Assembly (NCBI GenBank): GCA_021295915.1
Contig: JAGWBK010000001.1
Span: forward strand, 139,644-203,643
Length of the DNA stretch: 64,000 nucleotides
DNA from: Dehalococcoidia bacterium
GTDB taxonomy: Bacteria; Chloroflexota; Dehalococcoidia; Lucifugimonadales; UBA1123
Direction: 5' to 3'
How positions within the stretch are numbered: the stretch's first letter is position 1; every line of letters begins with the position of its first letter. Under the pieces are notes generated by a model. It made no database searches, was not told the origin of the DNA, and saw nothing but the letters and a program-made list of their open reading frames with translations. Positions 1 through 9,677 of the stretch are shown here, piece by piece. The translations under genes were made by a program, and so were the position numbers.

Positions 1-50
1 CGTCCCAGGGAGGTCCGTATTCGCTGTAGAAACTCCGCCCGCTCGTTCAT
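1..50 (-). CDS. lutC: LutC-like lactate utilization protein C, N-terminal fragment running off the window edge
   Basis: The ATG at 48-50 (minus strand) overlaps the lutB stop as ATGA. It reads MNERAEFLQRIRTSLG, which resembles a typical LutC N-terminus. Only 16 codons are visible. Confidence 0.5.
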   Translation of the reverse strand, partial: MNERAEFLQRIRTSLG

Positions 51-1471
51 TCCTTCTGGAGCCTCTTCCATCGAGACCTGAACGACTCCTTTAGCTCAGG
101 CATGTCCCGGTGATCAGTCCATCCCGACAGCGGACCCGGCAGTCCGGGGCTTTCCGATTGTCGCGAAACCAGTGACTGACCGAGTCTTCCGACCCAGTTG
201 GCGAACTGCATGGTTCCAGCACTGGAAACCGACGCGCGCCAGCCTTTCATTGCCAGCTTCTCTGCGCTGTCAACAGACTTGTCCGATGGATAGTTATCCC
301 CCTGGGTGAGCTCCTTGCGCAAATACAAAAGCATTCTCGGGATGTCTATCTTGACTGGACACGCTTCCTTGCACGCCCCGCAAAGGGTTGACGCGTATGG
401 AAGGTCCTTGGCGTCTGACAGTCCAGTCAACATGGGGGACACAATCGAGCCAATGGGGCCGGGATACACCCAGCCGTATGCGTGGCCGCCTACCTTTCGA
501 TAGACCGGACAGGCGTTCAGACACGCCCCGCAGCGGAGGCAGAGAAGCCCTTCGCGGAGATGTTCATCGGCAAGCAGGCGAGAGCGTCCGTTATCGACAA
601 TTACCAGGTGAAACTCTTCCGGTCCATCTTCCTCTTCGGAGCGCCTCGGACCGGTCACGGTCGTGACATAGCTGGATAGCATCTGTCCCGTCGCCGACCT
701 GATCAGCAATCGCAGGAACAGGCCAAGGTCCTCAAGTGAGGGGACTACCTTCTCCATACCTGAGATCGCAATGTGCACCTTCGGCATGGATGTGACCATC
801 CGGCCGTTTCCTTCGTTCGTAACCAGGGTGACGGTGCCTGACTCGGCTACCAGGAAATTCGCCCCCGAAATGCCCATGCCTGCCGCCAGAAACTTCTCCC
901 TAAGCTGCCGACGGGCCTCACGGGTAAGCTCCTCGATATCCTCTATCCTGTCAGTGCCTAGTTTCTCAGCGAAGAGGTCCGAGACCTGCTCACGAGACTT
1001 GTGGATCGCGGGCGCGATTATGTGGAACGGCGTGTCGCCGGCGAGCTGTACGATGTACTCACCCAGGTCGGTCTCCACTGGCTCGATCCCCTCGGACTCA
1101 AGCCGCTCGTTTAGTCCCATCTCCTCGGAGAGCATGGATTTGCTCTTCACGACCATCTCGACACCGCGATTGTTCGCTACTGAGACAACGTAGTCCGAAG
1201 CTGCCTTGGCGTCTTTGGCGAAGTAGACCTTCCCTCCGGCCTTCTCAACATTTGTCGCGAGAAGATCGAGGTAGTGGTCCAGGTTCTCGATTACGTGCCA
1301 CTTGATCTGGCGCCCACGTTCACGCAGCTCTTCCCAATTCGTTGTCGCGCCAGAAGCAGAAATGCGGGCGCTGTGGAAGCCGGAATAGAGGCCATCTAAA
1401 TTGCGCTGGATCTGGTTGTCGGCTAGCGCGCTGGCCGAACCTTGTCTGAACTGGCTGGTGCGGGGCTCCAA
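47..1471 (-). CDS. lutB: LutB-like iron-sulfur lactate utilization protein (LUD domain plus 4Fe-4S ferredoxin motifs)
   Basis: 474-aa ORF with two Cys clusters, CLRCGACLNACP and CGACKEACP. It is 3 nt downstream of lutA and overlaps the lutC start. Confidence 0.85.
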   Translation of the reverse strand: MEPRTSQFRQGSASALADNQIQRNLDGLYSGFHSARISASGATTNWEELRERGRQIKWHVIENLDHYLDLLATNVEKAGGKVYFAKDAKAASDYVVSVANNRGVEMVVKSKSMLSEEMGLNERLESEGIEPVETDLGEYIVQLAGDTPFHIIAPAIHKSREQVSDLFAEKLGTDRIEDIEELTREARRQLREKFLAAGMGISGANFLVAESGTVTLVTNEGNGRMVTSMPKVHIAISGMEKVVPSLEDLGLFLRLLIRSATGQMLSSYVTTVTGPRRSEEEDGPEEFHLVIVDNGRSRLLADEHLREGLLCLRCGACLNACPVYRKVGGHAYGWVYPGPIGSIVSPMLTGLSDAKDLPYASTLCGACKEACPVKIDIPRMLLYLRKELTQGDNYPSDKSVDSAEKLAMKGWRASVSSAGTMQFANWVGRLGQSLVSRQSESPGLPGPLSGWTDHRDMPELKESFRSRWKRLQKE

Positions 1472-1474
1472 GCT

Positions 1475-2245
1475 CTAGTCCTCCTTGAGACCCTGCGAAA
1501 TAAGCTCTGCAAAGTGGGCAGGTCGAACCTGGCTACCGCGACGGCGCAGGCCACCACCGATGTGCATAAGGCAGCTTGTGTCGCACGCGGAAACGACGTC
1601 CGCGCCACTTCGCTCAATGCTGTCCAGCTTATCACTCAGCATTGCGCCAGAAATATCGGCGTACTTAACTGCGAATGTACCGCCGAATCCGCAACACACT
1701 TCGGCTTGGTCCAAATCCACTCGACGAAATCCGGGAACTGCATCGATCAAGGACTTTGGCTGAGCATCGATACCAAGCTCGCGCTTGGCGTGACAGGCCT
1801 CGTGGAAGGCTACTTCGACCTCATCTGCCGCGGACGTCTGGAACAGTTGCTCCAGTTCTGGCGGACCAACTTTGTCGACGAGGAATTCACTGAATTCATA
1901 GACATTTCCAGCCAGTGAACCCGCGCGAGCGAGATTGACCGGATCGTCGGCGAACAGTTCCTCGTAGTAGTTGCGGATCATCGCTGTGCATGATCCTGAA
2001 GGAATCACTACGGGAACAGAATGGTCCAGTTGGCCTAGGAGCCTTCTGGCGACAGGGCGAGCTTCGTTCCAGAATCCAGAGTTGAATGCTGGCTGTCCGC
2101 AGCAGGTCTGGGATGTGTCAAACTCGACCTCGATGTCGAGGGCCTCGAGTACGTCTACTACAGCCTCACCGACTTCAGGGAAGAACTGGTCAACAACACA
2201 TGTGACGAAAAGCTGTACGCGACGGCGGCCAGTTCGTTGAGTCAT
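1475..2245 (-). CDS. lutA: LutA-like (Fe-S) oxidoreductase, CCG-domain protein
   Basis: 256-aa ORF with the repeated cysteine-rich CCG pattern (TCCGQPAFNSG and VCCGFGGTF). It occupies the first position of a lutABC arrangement. Confidence 0.85.
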   Translation of the reverse strand: MTQRTGRRRVQLFVTCVVDQFFPEVGEAVVDVLEALDIEVEFDTSQTCCGQPAFNSGFWNEARPVARRLLGQLDHSVPVVIPSGSCTAMIRNYYEELFADDPVNLARAGSLAGNVYEFSEFLVDKVGPPELEQLFQTSAADEVEVAFHEACHAKRELGIDAQPKSLIDAVPGFRRVDLDQAEVCCGFGGTFAVKYADISGAMLSDKLDSIERSGADVVSACDTSCLMHIGGGLRRRGSQVRPAHFAELISQGLKED

Positions 2246-2300
2246 CCGAATATCTCACAAGTGACTCGAGGATCAGTCTTAACCGTCAAGGTACCTGGAG

Positions 2301-2597
2301 TCACAGTACAAGCCCGCGAACAACAAACCCGGCGATCCAGGTGATCATGAACACCCCGCCGCAGGCGAACAGCGCTCCTTCGGTCTCGCGCCGGGCCGGG
2401 CCATGCAACGCCAGATACGCAATAAACAGACCCAATCCAATTGCGATCAGCCAAACGGAAATTGAGTTCACGCCGAGTGCGAGGCCAATCGCGAAGCCTG
2501 TCACTCCCCACGTGATCCAGGAGTCCAGACGTCTGATAGTGGCCGCGAGCCAGGGTGGTCTAATGCGTTCAGTCAAGGAAACTATCCCGAAACTCAT
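2301..2597 (-). CDS. small integral membrane protein, unknown function
   Basis: I trimmed the ORF to the internal ATG at 2597 (MSFGIVSL...). This avoids overlap with the divergent VOC gene. It has two or three hydrophobic helices. Confidence 0.4.
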   Translation of the reverse strand: MSFGIVSLTERIRPPWLAATIRRLDSWITWGVTGFAIGLALGVNSISVWLIAIGLGLFIAYLALHGPARRETEGALFACGGVFMITWIAGFVVRGLVL

Positions 2598-2714
2598 GCT
2601 GATGCCTGCGTCCGTCAAGGAAGGATACACAGGCCGTCGGAGCGATGCAACGCAGATTGTCGCATGGTGGCCAGTGACGTAAACTCGGCACAGAACAGGC
2701 AAGGGAGGAGAGGC

Positions 2715-3158
2715 ATGGTAACCGGCTTCAATCACTCTGGATTCGTTGTCAAAGACATCAAGGCGATGGTGGAGTTCTACAGGGATACGCTCGGTCTAAA
2801 TGTCATGAGGGAGGTCGACAGTGTAGCCCCACCCGAAGGCGACCACACAGGCATTCCGGGAGCGCGTAGGACGTTAGTCTTCGTCGGGAAGCCTGAAGGT
2901 GAGCACGTCCTGGAACTTGTTCACTTCATCGATCCACCAAGTCCGGATGGGCACCTGCACAGGCATCAACTGGGCGCAGCCCACGTCTGCTTCAACGTCA
3001 GTGACCTCGCCGACCTTGCGTCCAAGCTCAAGGCACAGGGAATTAGGTTTATTACCGCCCCAATCTTCCACGAAATGCCGGACGGCAAGAGGCGAGGGAT
3101 ATGCTACATCCAGGATCCCGAGGGCAACTACGTTGAACTGATTCAACCGCCAACGTAG
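2715..3158 (+). CDS. VOC (glyoxalase/bleomycin resistance/dioxygenase) family protein
   Basis: The start at ATG 2715 is preceded by GGGAGGAGAGG. The N-terminus FNHSGFVVKDIKAMVEFYRDTLGL and the C-terminal YIQDPEGNYVELIQ are typical of VOC proteins. Confidence 0.8.
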   Translation: MVTGFNHSGFVVKDIKAMVEFYRDTLGLNVMREVDSVAPPEGDHTGIPGARRTLVFVGKPEGEHVLELVHFIDPPSPDGHLHRHQLGAAHVCFNVSDLADLASKLKAQGIRFITAPIFHEMPDGKRRGICYIQDPEGNYVELIQPPT

Positions 3159-3189
3159 CAGGGTCACACTGCCCTGTGGGTAGGTCTAA

Positions 3190-4272
3190 CTAGGAAGACT
3201 TCTGGTACACCTGGAAGCGGTGGCGGTTGGTCTCGACGACGTACATTTTGTCTTCTCTGTCGAGTCTGACTGCCACGGGACCCCAGAAGTACGGCTCGAC
3301 CTGAGAGGACGTGTGATAGGGGGTTTGGAGGTGTTCAGGCAGTTCGTCCGGGACGAGCTGCGATATCTGCCGGAGCTCCCATTCCTCGGGGTTGGACGAG
3401 TAGTAGTCAGCGGCCCACTTGGAAACTGTGGCCTGTCCTCTGAGCGTCGTCAAGAACGAGCCATCAGGATTGAAGACCTGTATCCGTTCGTTTCCCCAGT
3501 CGGCAACGGCCACAACTCCGTCCGATGCCACGGCGACACCGGATGGTCTACTAAGTTCCCCAGCACCCATACCGGACTTCCCATAGGTCTGTATGTAGTC
3601 ACCATCGGGTGAGAACTTCTGAACGCGGTCGTTACGCCAGTCGGCGACGTAAACTGCGTCATCCGGTCCAACCCCGACACCCCATGGCAGGTTGAACTGA
3701 CCGTTTCCTGACCCTGGCTCGCCCCAGGCGATGATCAATTCTCCGTCTGGCGACATCTTCTGAACGCGTCCGTTCTGTTGATCGGCTATGTAGAGATTGT
3801 CATGTGAATCGATTGCGATGCCCGCAGGTCCGCCAAACTGGCCGGGGTCCGAGCCCGCTTCACCCCACTGACTGACAAACTTGCCATCAGCATCATAGAT
3901 GCAAACGCGGTTGTTGTATTCGTCGGTAATGTACAGACGGTCTTCGCTGTCGAAAGCCATGGCCACGGGCCAGATAAGCTGACCGTCCCCCTGACCGTAA
4001 CCGTTTCCAAACTCGTACAGGTATTCTTCGTCGAGATTCAGCACGCCTACCCTGATGGCCACGGCACGAGCAGGGTCACAACGATTCAGTACAAAAATAC
4101 GACCGTCCGGACGAAAGGCGATGTCGTAGGGATTAGCGAACCCACGTCCGTTGTCGCCATTGTTTACGATGCCGATCGTCTTGAGGTAGTCGAAGCTGAG
4201 TGTGGTAGCGCTTTCCTGTGTGGTCAAGTTATAATCCCCATCTCCGTCAGCTTCTTGCCGGTCTGTCGCCAA
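3190..4272 (-). CDS. NHL-repeat beta-propeller protein
   Basis: 360 aa with about six repeats of the form GxFxxPxGIAxDxxGxxYVADxxNxRVQxF. Confidence 0.8.
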   Translation of the reverse strand: MATDRQEADGDGDYNLTTQESATTLSFDYLKTIGIVNNGDNGRGFANPYDIAFRPDGRIFVLNRCDPARAVAIRVGVLNLDEEYLYEFGNGYGQGDGQLIWPVAMAFDSEDRLYITDEYNNRVCIYDADGKFVSQWGEAGSDPGQFGGPAGIAIDSHDNLYIADQQNGRVQKMSPDGELIIAWGEPGSGNGQFNLPWGVGVGPDDAVYVADWRNDRVQKFSPDGDYIQTYGKSGMGAGELSRPSGVAVASDGVVAVADWGNERIQVFNPDGSFLTTLRGQATVSKWAADYYSSNPEEWELRQISQLVPDELPEHLQTPYHTSSQVEPYFWGPVAVRLDREDKMYVVETNRHRFQVYQKSS

Positions 4273-4333
4273 TGAGCCGGCGTTTACTTACACCGGCTCA
4301 TTCCTTCGGTCTTGCTGGCTCCTGAAGGCCTGT

Positions 4334-5755
4334 CTAAGCCAGTTGGTATTCCTTGGACGACGCGATCAGACGCATAACGTTAGCAACGGCCTCGACCGAC
4401 CCTTCGGCTTCAAGGTCCATGTCACCAAACTGCGATGCAAACTCGACGATCGCCTCTCGTGTGCTGTCCTCAACCTGCAGGGGCCCCATCAGGTCCAGGC
4501 AACCGTCCACGACGTCGGCAGCCGACTGGGCAGTACCGCCATCTCTGGCAAGCCTGTCCACGATTGCACGCACACCGGGGTTAGAGGGATTGCCAAGCTC
4601 TTTGGCGGCGAAGTTCACCCGCTCGACGAGTGAACCGCTGTCGATCCACTCTACGCCCTCGTGCCAGCCCTCCACCGTGGGGGGCTGGAGCAGCCCCTGC
4701 CCCATGTAGAAGGCCTGGCTGGCGAGCTGGTTCACGCCCAGGGTCGGCTGGCGGTAGGACCCCGCCATCCTGACCGCGCCAACAACTGTTTCCACAGGGG
4801 CCTTCACGCGCGCATAACGGGCCGCCTCACCCTTGAAGAACTCGGAGTTGAAGAGGGTCCTGAGTACCGACCTGATCTCGTAGTCGGATTCGAAGTAGGA
4901 AGCCATCATCTGCTCGATTGCAGCTTCCCCTCTCTCGTCGATCTCGTCAGCGCCGAAGAACTGGAACAGACGCGTGCAGATAAACCGTGCAGTCGCGTCC
5001 TGCCTGCAAATGATGTCGACAATTTCGCCGCCGCCGAAGGCTCCGCGCTCACCGAGGAATTCCTTGTCGCCTGTGTCATGGTCATCTTCGCGGTACTCGA
5101 AGTGCCACGCGATGCGGCCATACGGCCAGATCGAGTCCTTCATGGCTCGCATGGACATGTACTCGGCGTTCTTCAGAGTCCATCCTGTAAAGGCGCGAGA
5201 CGCCTCTTTGATGTCGTCCTCCGTGTAGTTGCCGATGCCCATCGAGAAGAGTTCCAGCAGCTCTCTGCCGTAGTTCTCGTTGATGGCGCCGTCATGGTTA
5301 TCGTTATTGTCCAGCCAGATAATCATGGCCGGGTCCTTGGACAGCTCGATGAGAATATCCCTGAAGCTGCCGAACCCTGTGCGCTTGAACATATCTACCT
5401 GGTTCAAGAGAGCCCTGGCCTGGTTCAGCTTCGCATAGCCCGTCGCAAACAGACCGTGCCAGAAGAGCGCGAGCTTCTCCTCTAGAGGATGATTCGTCGT
5501 AATCATCTGGTACATCCAGTACGCGCCAGCGCCGTCCAGCTGGCGAAGCTCAGACTGGTCGACATGGTAGCGACGAATCAGATCGTCGGGAAGGTTCTCC
5601 CGGCTGTCAGCCGAGGGATGCAGCAGGTCCTCGACTACGTTCTCGTAGCCTCTTGCTACCTGCTCCTCCAGCTCCTCGCGGCCGGCTCCGAAGCCGGCCC
5701 TGCGCATGAGATGGGCCATCAGTGCAACGTCTGCCGTAGTGGTGGTCATCTGCAC
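4334..5755 (-). CDS. DUF1800 domain-containing protein
   Basis: 473 aa. The N-terminal HLMRRAGFGA motif is characteristic of DUF1800. It lies directly downstream of a DUF1501 gene, which is the usual pairing. Confidence 0.8.
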   Translation of the reverse strand: MQMTTTTADVALMAHLMRRAGFGAGREELEEQVARGYENVVEDLLHPSADSRENLPDDLIRRYHVDQSELRQLDGAGAYWMYQMITTNHPLEEKLALFWHGLFATGYAKLNQARALLNQVDMFKRTGFGSFRDILIELSKDPAMIIWLDNNDNHDGAINENYGRELLELFSMGIGNYTEDDIKEASRAFTGWTLKNAEYMSMRAMKDSIWPYGRIAWHFEYREDDHDTGDKEFLGERGAFGGGEIVDIICRQDATARFICTRLFQFFGADEIDERGEAAIEQMMASYFESDYEIRSVLRTLFNSEFFKGEAARYARVKAPVETVVGAVRMAGSYRQPTLGVNQLASQAFYMGQGLLQPPTVEGWHEGVEWIDSGSLVERVNFAAKELGNPSNPGVRAIVDRLARDGGTAQSAADVVDGCLDLMGPLQVEDSTREAIVEFASQFGDMDLEAEGSVEAVANVMRLIASSKEYQLA

Positions 5756-5788
5756 AATCCTCCTGAGTGTGAAATCAATTGAGACGTC

Positions 5789-6928
5789 TTAGGCGGGAAG
5801 GAAGTCAAACTGCTCGAACCTGCCGTTAACGATCGGTTCGGAGTCGAGGTGGAACCAGCGTTCCAGCAGCGTCGAATAGGTCATCCTGAAATCGTTGTTG
5901 TAGTGAAGGTCGCCCTCAAGCTGCATGTCAGGCGCCAGTGAGGGATACTGTCCGTAGAGTCCGCCCTTAACCTCGCCTCCGATCACGAAGGCGGTGCCGC
6001 CGGAGCCGTGGTCCGTGCCGGAGCCATTGTCCTTGACGCGGCGACCGAACTCGGAGAATACGAGGATCACGGCGTCGTTCTCACGGCCATGCTCCCTGAG
6101 GTCGTCGTAGAAGTCGCCGATTCCACCAGCGACCTCATCCCAGAGCTTGGCGTGACTTACCAACTCACCTGAGTGGGTGTCGAAACTGCCGTGCTGGGTG
6201 TAGAAGACCCTGGTGCCAAGATCTGCCAGCATCACCTGGGCGACGCTCTTTAGGCTCTGAGCGATCGGATTGGCTGCGTACTCGATTGAGGACTGGTACT
6301 GAGCAGGAGCGGTCCTCAGAATATCAGCGCCCTTCAACGCGTCGGTTCCCGTCTGGCCAAGGAAGTCCATAACGGCGTCCCTGCCCTGCGCGCCTCCGTA
6401 CATCTTTGCGAATGCATCGAGTGCGTACTTTCGCAGGAACTCGTCCTGCACGTCAGGGAACAGTCCATACGTCTCAAGGTTTCCGACGGAAGCAACAGGT
6501 ACACCTCTTACGCCAAGCGCCCTGGGCATTCCCCTTCCGAAGTTGACCGCGGTCAGAACGTTGTCGCCGGTCGGGTCCAACTCGCGTGTTGCGCGGCCAA
6601 GCCAGCCCTCTCGGCCGATCTCGTCCGGCATGGCAGTGTGCCATATGTCCATCGAACGGAAGTGAGACCTGTTAGGGTTGGGGTAGCCGATCCCGTTGAT
6701 GACCGCGACCTTACCCTCGTCCCACAGGCGCTTGACCGGTCCCATGCTCGGGTTGAACGCGAGGTCGTCGCTGATGGGATGCACCGCGTCACCATCAACG
6801 TGGACCGTCTGTCTGTAGTCGTAATAGAGACCGTCGTTGTAGGGTACGACGGTGTTGAGGGTGTCGTTCCCTCCGGAAAGCTGAACGACTACTAGGGTCT
6901 TGTCGTGGTTGCCATTCTGCGTAACCAT
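5789..6928 (-). CDS. DUF1501 domain-containing protein (sulfatase/alkaline-phosphatase-like fold)
   Basis: 379 aa with LSGGNDTLNTVVPY near the N-terminus and GTDHGSGG near the C-terminus. No Tat or Sec signal is visible. Confidence 0.8.
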   Translation of the reverse strand: MVTQNGNHDKTLVVVQLSGGNDTLNTVVPYNDGLYYDYRQTVHVDGDAVHPISDDLAFNPSMGPVKRLWDEGKVAVINGIGYPNPNRSHFRSMDIWHTAMPDEIGREGWLGRATRELDPTGDNVLTAVNFGRGMPRALGVRGVPVASVGNLETYGLFPDVQDEFLRKYALDAFAKMYGGAQGRDAVMDFLGQTGTDALKGADILRTAPAQYQSSIEYAANPIAQSLKSVAQVMLADLGTRVFYTQHGSFDTHSGELVSHAKLWDEVAGGIGDFYDDLREHGRENDAVILVFSEFGRRVKDNGSGTDHGSGGTAFVIGGEVKGGLYGQYPSLAPDMQLEGDLHYNNDFRMTYSTLLERWFHLDSEPIVNGRFEQFDFLPA

Positions 6929-7121
6929 TGAAACGCTCCCTTTTTGAACGATTCCAGAATCTGCTGAATCTATGCAGAGAATCTACTACTTCCAGCCTCC
7001 TGACGCAAGACTTGGCACACCTCCAGCGTCTGATTAAATTGGATTCATGCCGTACCTGGTGACATAATCTCAGTACACGACGTTTTGAACTCGCATCTAA
7101 GGGAACAGGAAGACTCAAAAC

Positions 7122-7952
7122 ATGCAGAAGTCAGCAGCTGAATCATGGAGACTCCGAGTAGAGTCACATCACGAACAGTCGCTAAAAGTCATGGATGAAT
7201 CGTGGCGTCAGGGTGACTTCTGGAAGAACCTGGCCCCAATGTTCAGGGCAGACCCTCGTCGGAACGACGACGAGGCGCTGAACGCCATCTCAGAACTCAT
7301 CGGTTCCGTTTCAACCGTGCTCGACGTTGGAGGCGGTGCAGGCAGGTTCGCCATCGCTCTTTCGTTGAAGTGCGAGTCGGTGACAGTGGTTGACCCATCA
7401 GAGTCAATGCTGGAGCAGTTGCAGGAAGCAACCAACGAGGCTGGGCAGTCAAACGTCGCTTCCGTCCATTCAGAGTGGGAGACTGCAGAAATTGAACCAG
7501 AGGACGTTGTCCTCTGTTCACACGTCGTCTATGGCGTCGCCGACATAATACCATTCATCGAGAAGATCAACGCTCATGCACGGCGACGAGTAGTGCTGTT
7601 GTCTTTCGTTGATTCCCCGCAGTCGAACGTCGCAGCACTCTGGGAGCCTGTGCACGGTGAGCGCAGGATCAACCTACCAGCGATGCCTGAGCTAGTGAAT
7701 GTGCTATGGGAGATGGACGTCTATCCCAGCATCCGGATGTTGACCTCTACGAGAGCGCAGTCATTCGAGTCAGTAGACGCCGCTACCGAGGAGTTGTCCA
7801 ACAGGCTGTTCCTTGCCCAGGATTCCCCCGCCCGCCAGAGACTCGAGGCAGTGATCGAAGACTACCTCGAGTCCACGGACGAGGGTTGGCGAGTCATTGG
7901 TGCCAGACCTGTGAGGCAGGGTGTCATCTGGTGGGACACCGAGTCACGTTAG
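7122..7952 (+). CDS. class I SAM-dependent methyltransferase
   Basis: 276 aa with SAM-binding motif I, VLDVGGGAGRFA. Confidence 0.75.
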   Translation: MQKSAAESWRLRVESHHEQSLKVMDESWRQGDFWKNLAPMFRADPRRNDDEALNAISELIGSVSTVLDVGGGAGRFAIALSLKCESVTVVDPSESMLEQLQEATNEAGQSNVASVHSEWETAEIEPEDVVLCSHVVYGVADIIPFIEKINAHARRRVVLLSFVDSPQSNVAALWEPVHGERRINLPAMPELVNVLWEMDVYPSIRMLTSTRAQSFESVDAATEELSNRLFLAQDSPARQRLEAVIEDYLESTDEGWRVIGARPVRQGVIWWDTESR

Positions 7953-7961
7953 AGGCTGAAT

Positions 7962-9677
7962 CTAGAGTCCCTCAGCATACGCTGAATGGAACGTATCCAC
8001 GCCGGCTCGGAAGCCGCCATCACCGTCCCTGACGATGGCAACAGGGCTCGCGAAGCTGGCGAAGCCGCCCTGCACGTGATTGTCGCCAATGACGTATATG
8101 CGGTGACCTTTGCCCTCCAGTTCCGCTACCACGTCTGCCGAGAGCCTTGGATCCACGCTGGTGACAGGCAGGGAGCAGTCGACCCTCGGCGAGTCTATAG
8201 CCTCCTGGGGGCCAATGCCATAGTCAACGACCTTCGAGATCAGTTGCGTTACACAGTTGGTAATTCGGCGTCCTCCGGATGCACCTACGGCGAGCCGCAC
8301 ACCATCGTCGCCCATAACCAGGGCTGGAGTCATATTATTCAGTGGGTACTTGCCTGGCATGATCGAATTCACCCGCCCGGGAACCGGGTCGAACCACATC
8401 ATCCCATTGTTCATCACGACGCCCGTTCCCTTCGGAACGAATCCGGAACCGAATCCAGCCATCAGCGTGTTTGTTAGTGAAACTGCGTTACCGTCCCCAT
8501 CCATCGCGCACAGGTGAGTAGTTCCAGCGTCAAGTGCTGGAGCGCTCGCAGCGAGCTTCTTGCCAGGTGCGCCCTCATCAAATGCCCACGGGTCCCCGAC
8601 TTCGATATTTCCCAATCGCTCGGAGTCGATCTGTCCACGTCGTAGCTCGGTGTAGCCGTCTGAAACAAGCCCCTTCCAGGGGGCGTCGACGAATGCCGGA
8701 TCCGCCATGTAGGCGAACCTGTCTGCATAGGCCAGGCGGGCGCCGTATATGTAAGCGTGAAGCGCATCGGCTGAGTTGTGACCCATCGATGCAACGTCGA
8801 AACCGTCAAGCGACCGAAGCGTCATGGCGGACGTCGTCCCTGCACATGCGAACGGCGGCACTCTCACGGTATGTCCTCGATAGCCAAACTCAAGGCCGGA
8901 GTCCCACACGAATGGACGATACTCGGCAAGATCTTCCTCGGAAACAATTCCGCCCTTAGCCTGAATGTCGGAGGCAAGAGCCCGCGCAATCTCGCCAGCA
9001 TAGAACGCAGATGGGCCTTCTCTTCCGATTGCGTCGAGCACGTCGCCGAGGTCAGGCTGCTTAAGCAAAGCAGGGCTTGTGAGATCACCTGCGGGCAACC
9101 TTCCCCCAGGCATGAAGACGTTTCGCAGCTCGTCGAAGTCGAAAAGGCGTGACGCCATCAGCCCCAGCGCGTACATGTTGTGCCACCCCGGAGAGTGCCC
9201 GTCCCTCGCCAGAGAGACAGCCGGGGCGATCACCTCCTTGAGGGGGAGTTTGCCAAGCAACCTGTGAGCCTCACACAAGCCTGCAACCGCGCCAGGTACG
9301 GCGATTGATCGGGGACCATCGAGATTCTCATCGTTGACGACGCCCGCCCATCCAAAGTTTCCGACTGCGGCCTCGCCGGTGAGTTCATACATGTCCGGCT
9401 TGGCAGCCAGGGGACCCTTCATCGGAAATCCGACTACTCCTCCCCTGTCCCCCAATTGGTACACGAGATATCCGCCGCCACCGATACCACTCGACATCGG
9501 TTCGACGACCCCAATGGCAAAACAGGCTGCGACCGCCGCATCGACGGCATTGCCGCCCATTTCAAGCATCTGCACGCCTGCTCGCGTTGCGTGGATGTCT
9601 TTTGTGGCGACCATGCCTCGCTGGGCACGCGCTTCAGTCTTGTTGATAGTTGTAAGAGTCGGCGTTGCAGTGACCAT
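7962..9677 (-). CDS. ggt: gamma-glutamyltransferase
   Basis: 571 aa. The autoprocessing and nucleophile region is DAGTTHLCAMDGDGNAVS, and there is a C-terminal GASGG motif. Confidence 0.9.
   Translation of the reverse strand: MVTATPTLTTINKTEARAQRGMVATKDIHATRAGVQMLEMGGNAVDAAVAACFAIGVVEPMSSGIGGGGYLVYQLGDRGGVVGFPMKGPLAAKPDMYELTGEAAVGNFGWAGVVNDENLDGPRSIAVPGAVAGLCEAHRLLGKLPLKEVIAPAVSLARDGHSPGWHNMYALGLMASRLFDFDELRNVFMPGGRLPAGDLTSPALLKQPDLGDVLDAIGREGPSAFYAGEIARALASDIQAKGGIVSEEDLAEYRPFVWDSGLEFGYRGHTVRVPPFACAGTTSAMTLRSLDGFDVASMGHNSADALHAYIYGARLAYADRFAYMADPAFVDAPWKGLVSDGYTELRRGQIDSERLGNIEVGDPWAFDEGAPGKKLAASAPALDAGTTHLCAMDGDGNAVSLTNTLMAGFGSGFVPKGTGVVMNNGMMWFDPVPGRVNSIMPGKYPLNNMTPALVMGDDGVRLAVGASGGRRITNCVTQLISKVVDYGIGPQEAIDSPRVDCSLPVTSVDPRLSADVVAELEGKGHRIYVIGDNHVQGGFASFASPVAIVRDGDGGFRAGVDTFHSAYAEGL

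Noticed and set aside
6957-6984. Three direct copies of GAATCT in the divergent DUF1501/methyltransferase intergenic region, as a possible operator.
   Set aside because: Hexamers this short recur by chance, and there is no dyad symmetry or adjacent regulator gene.
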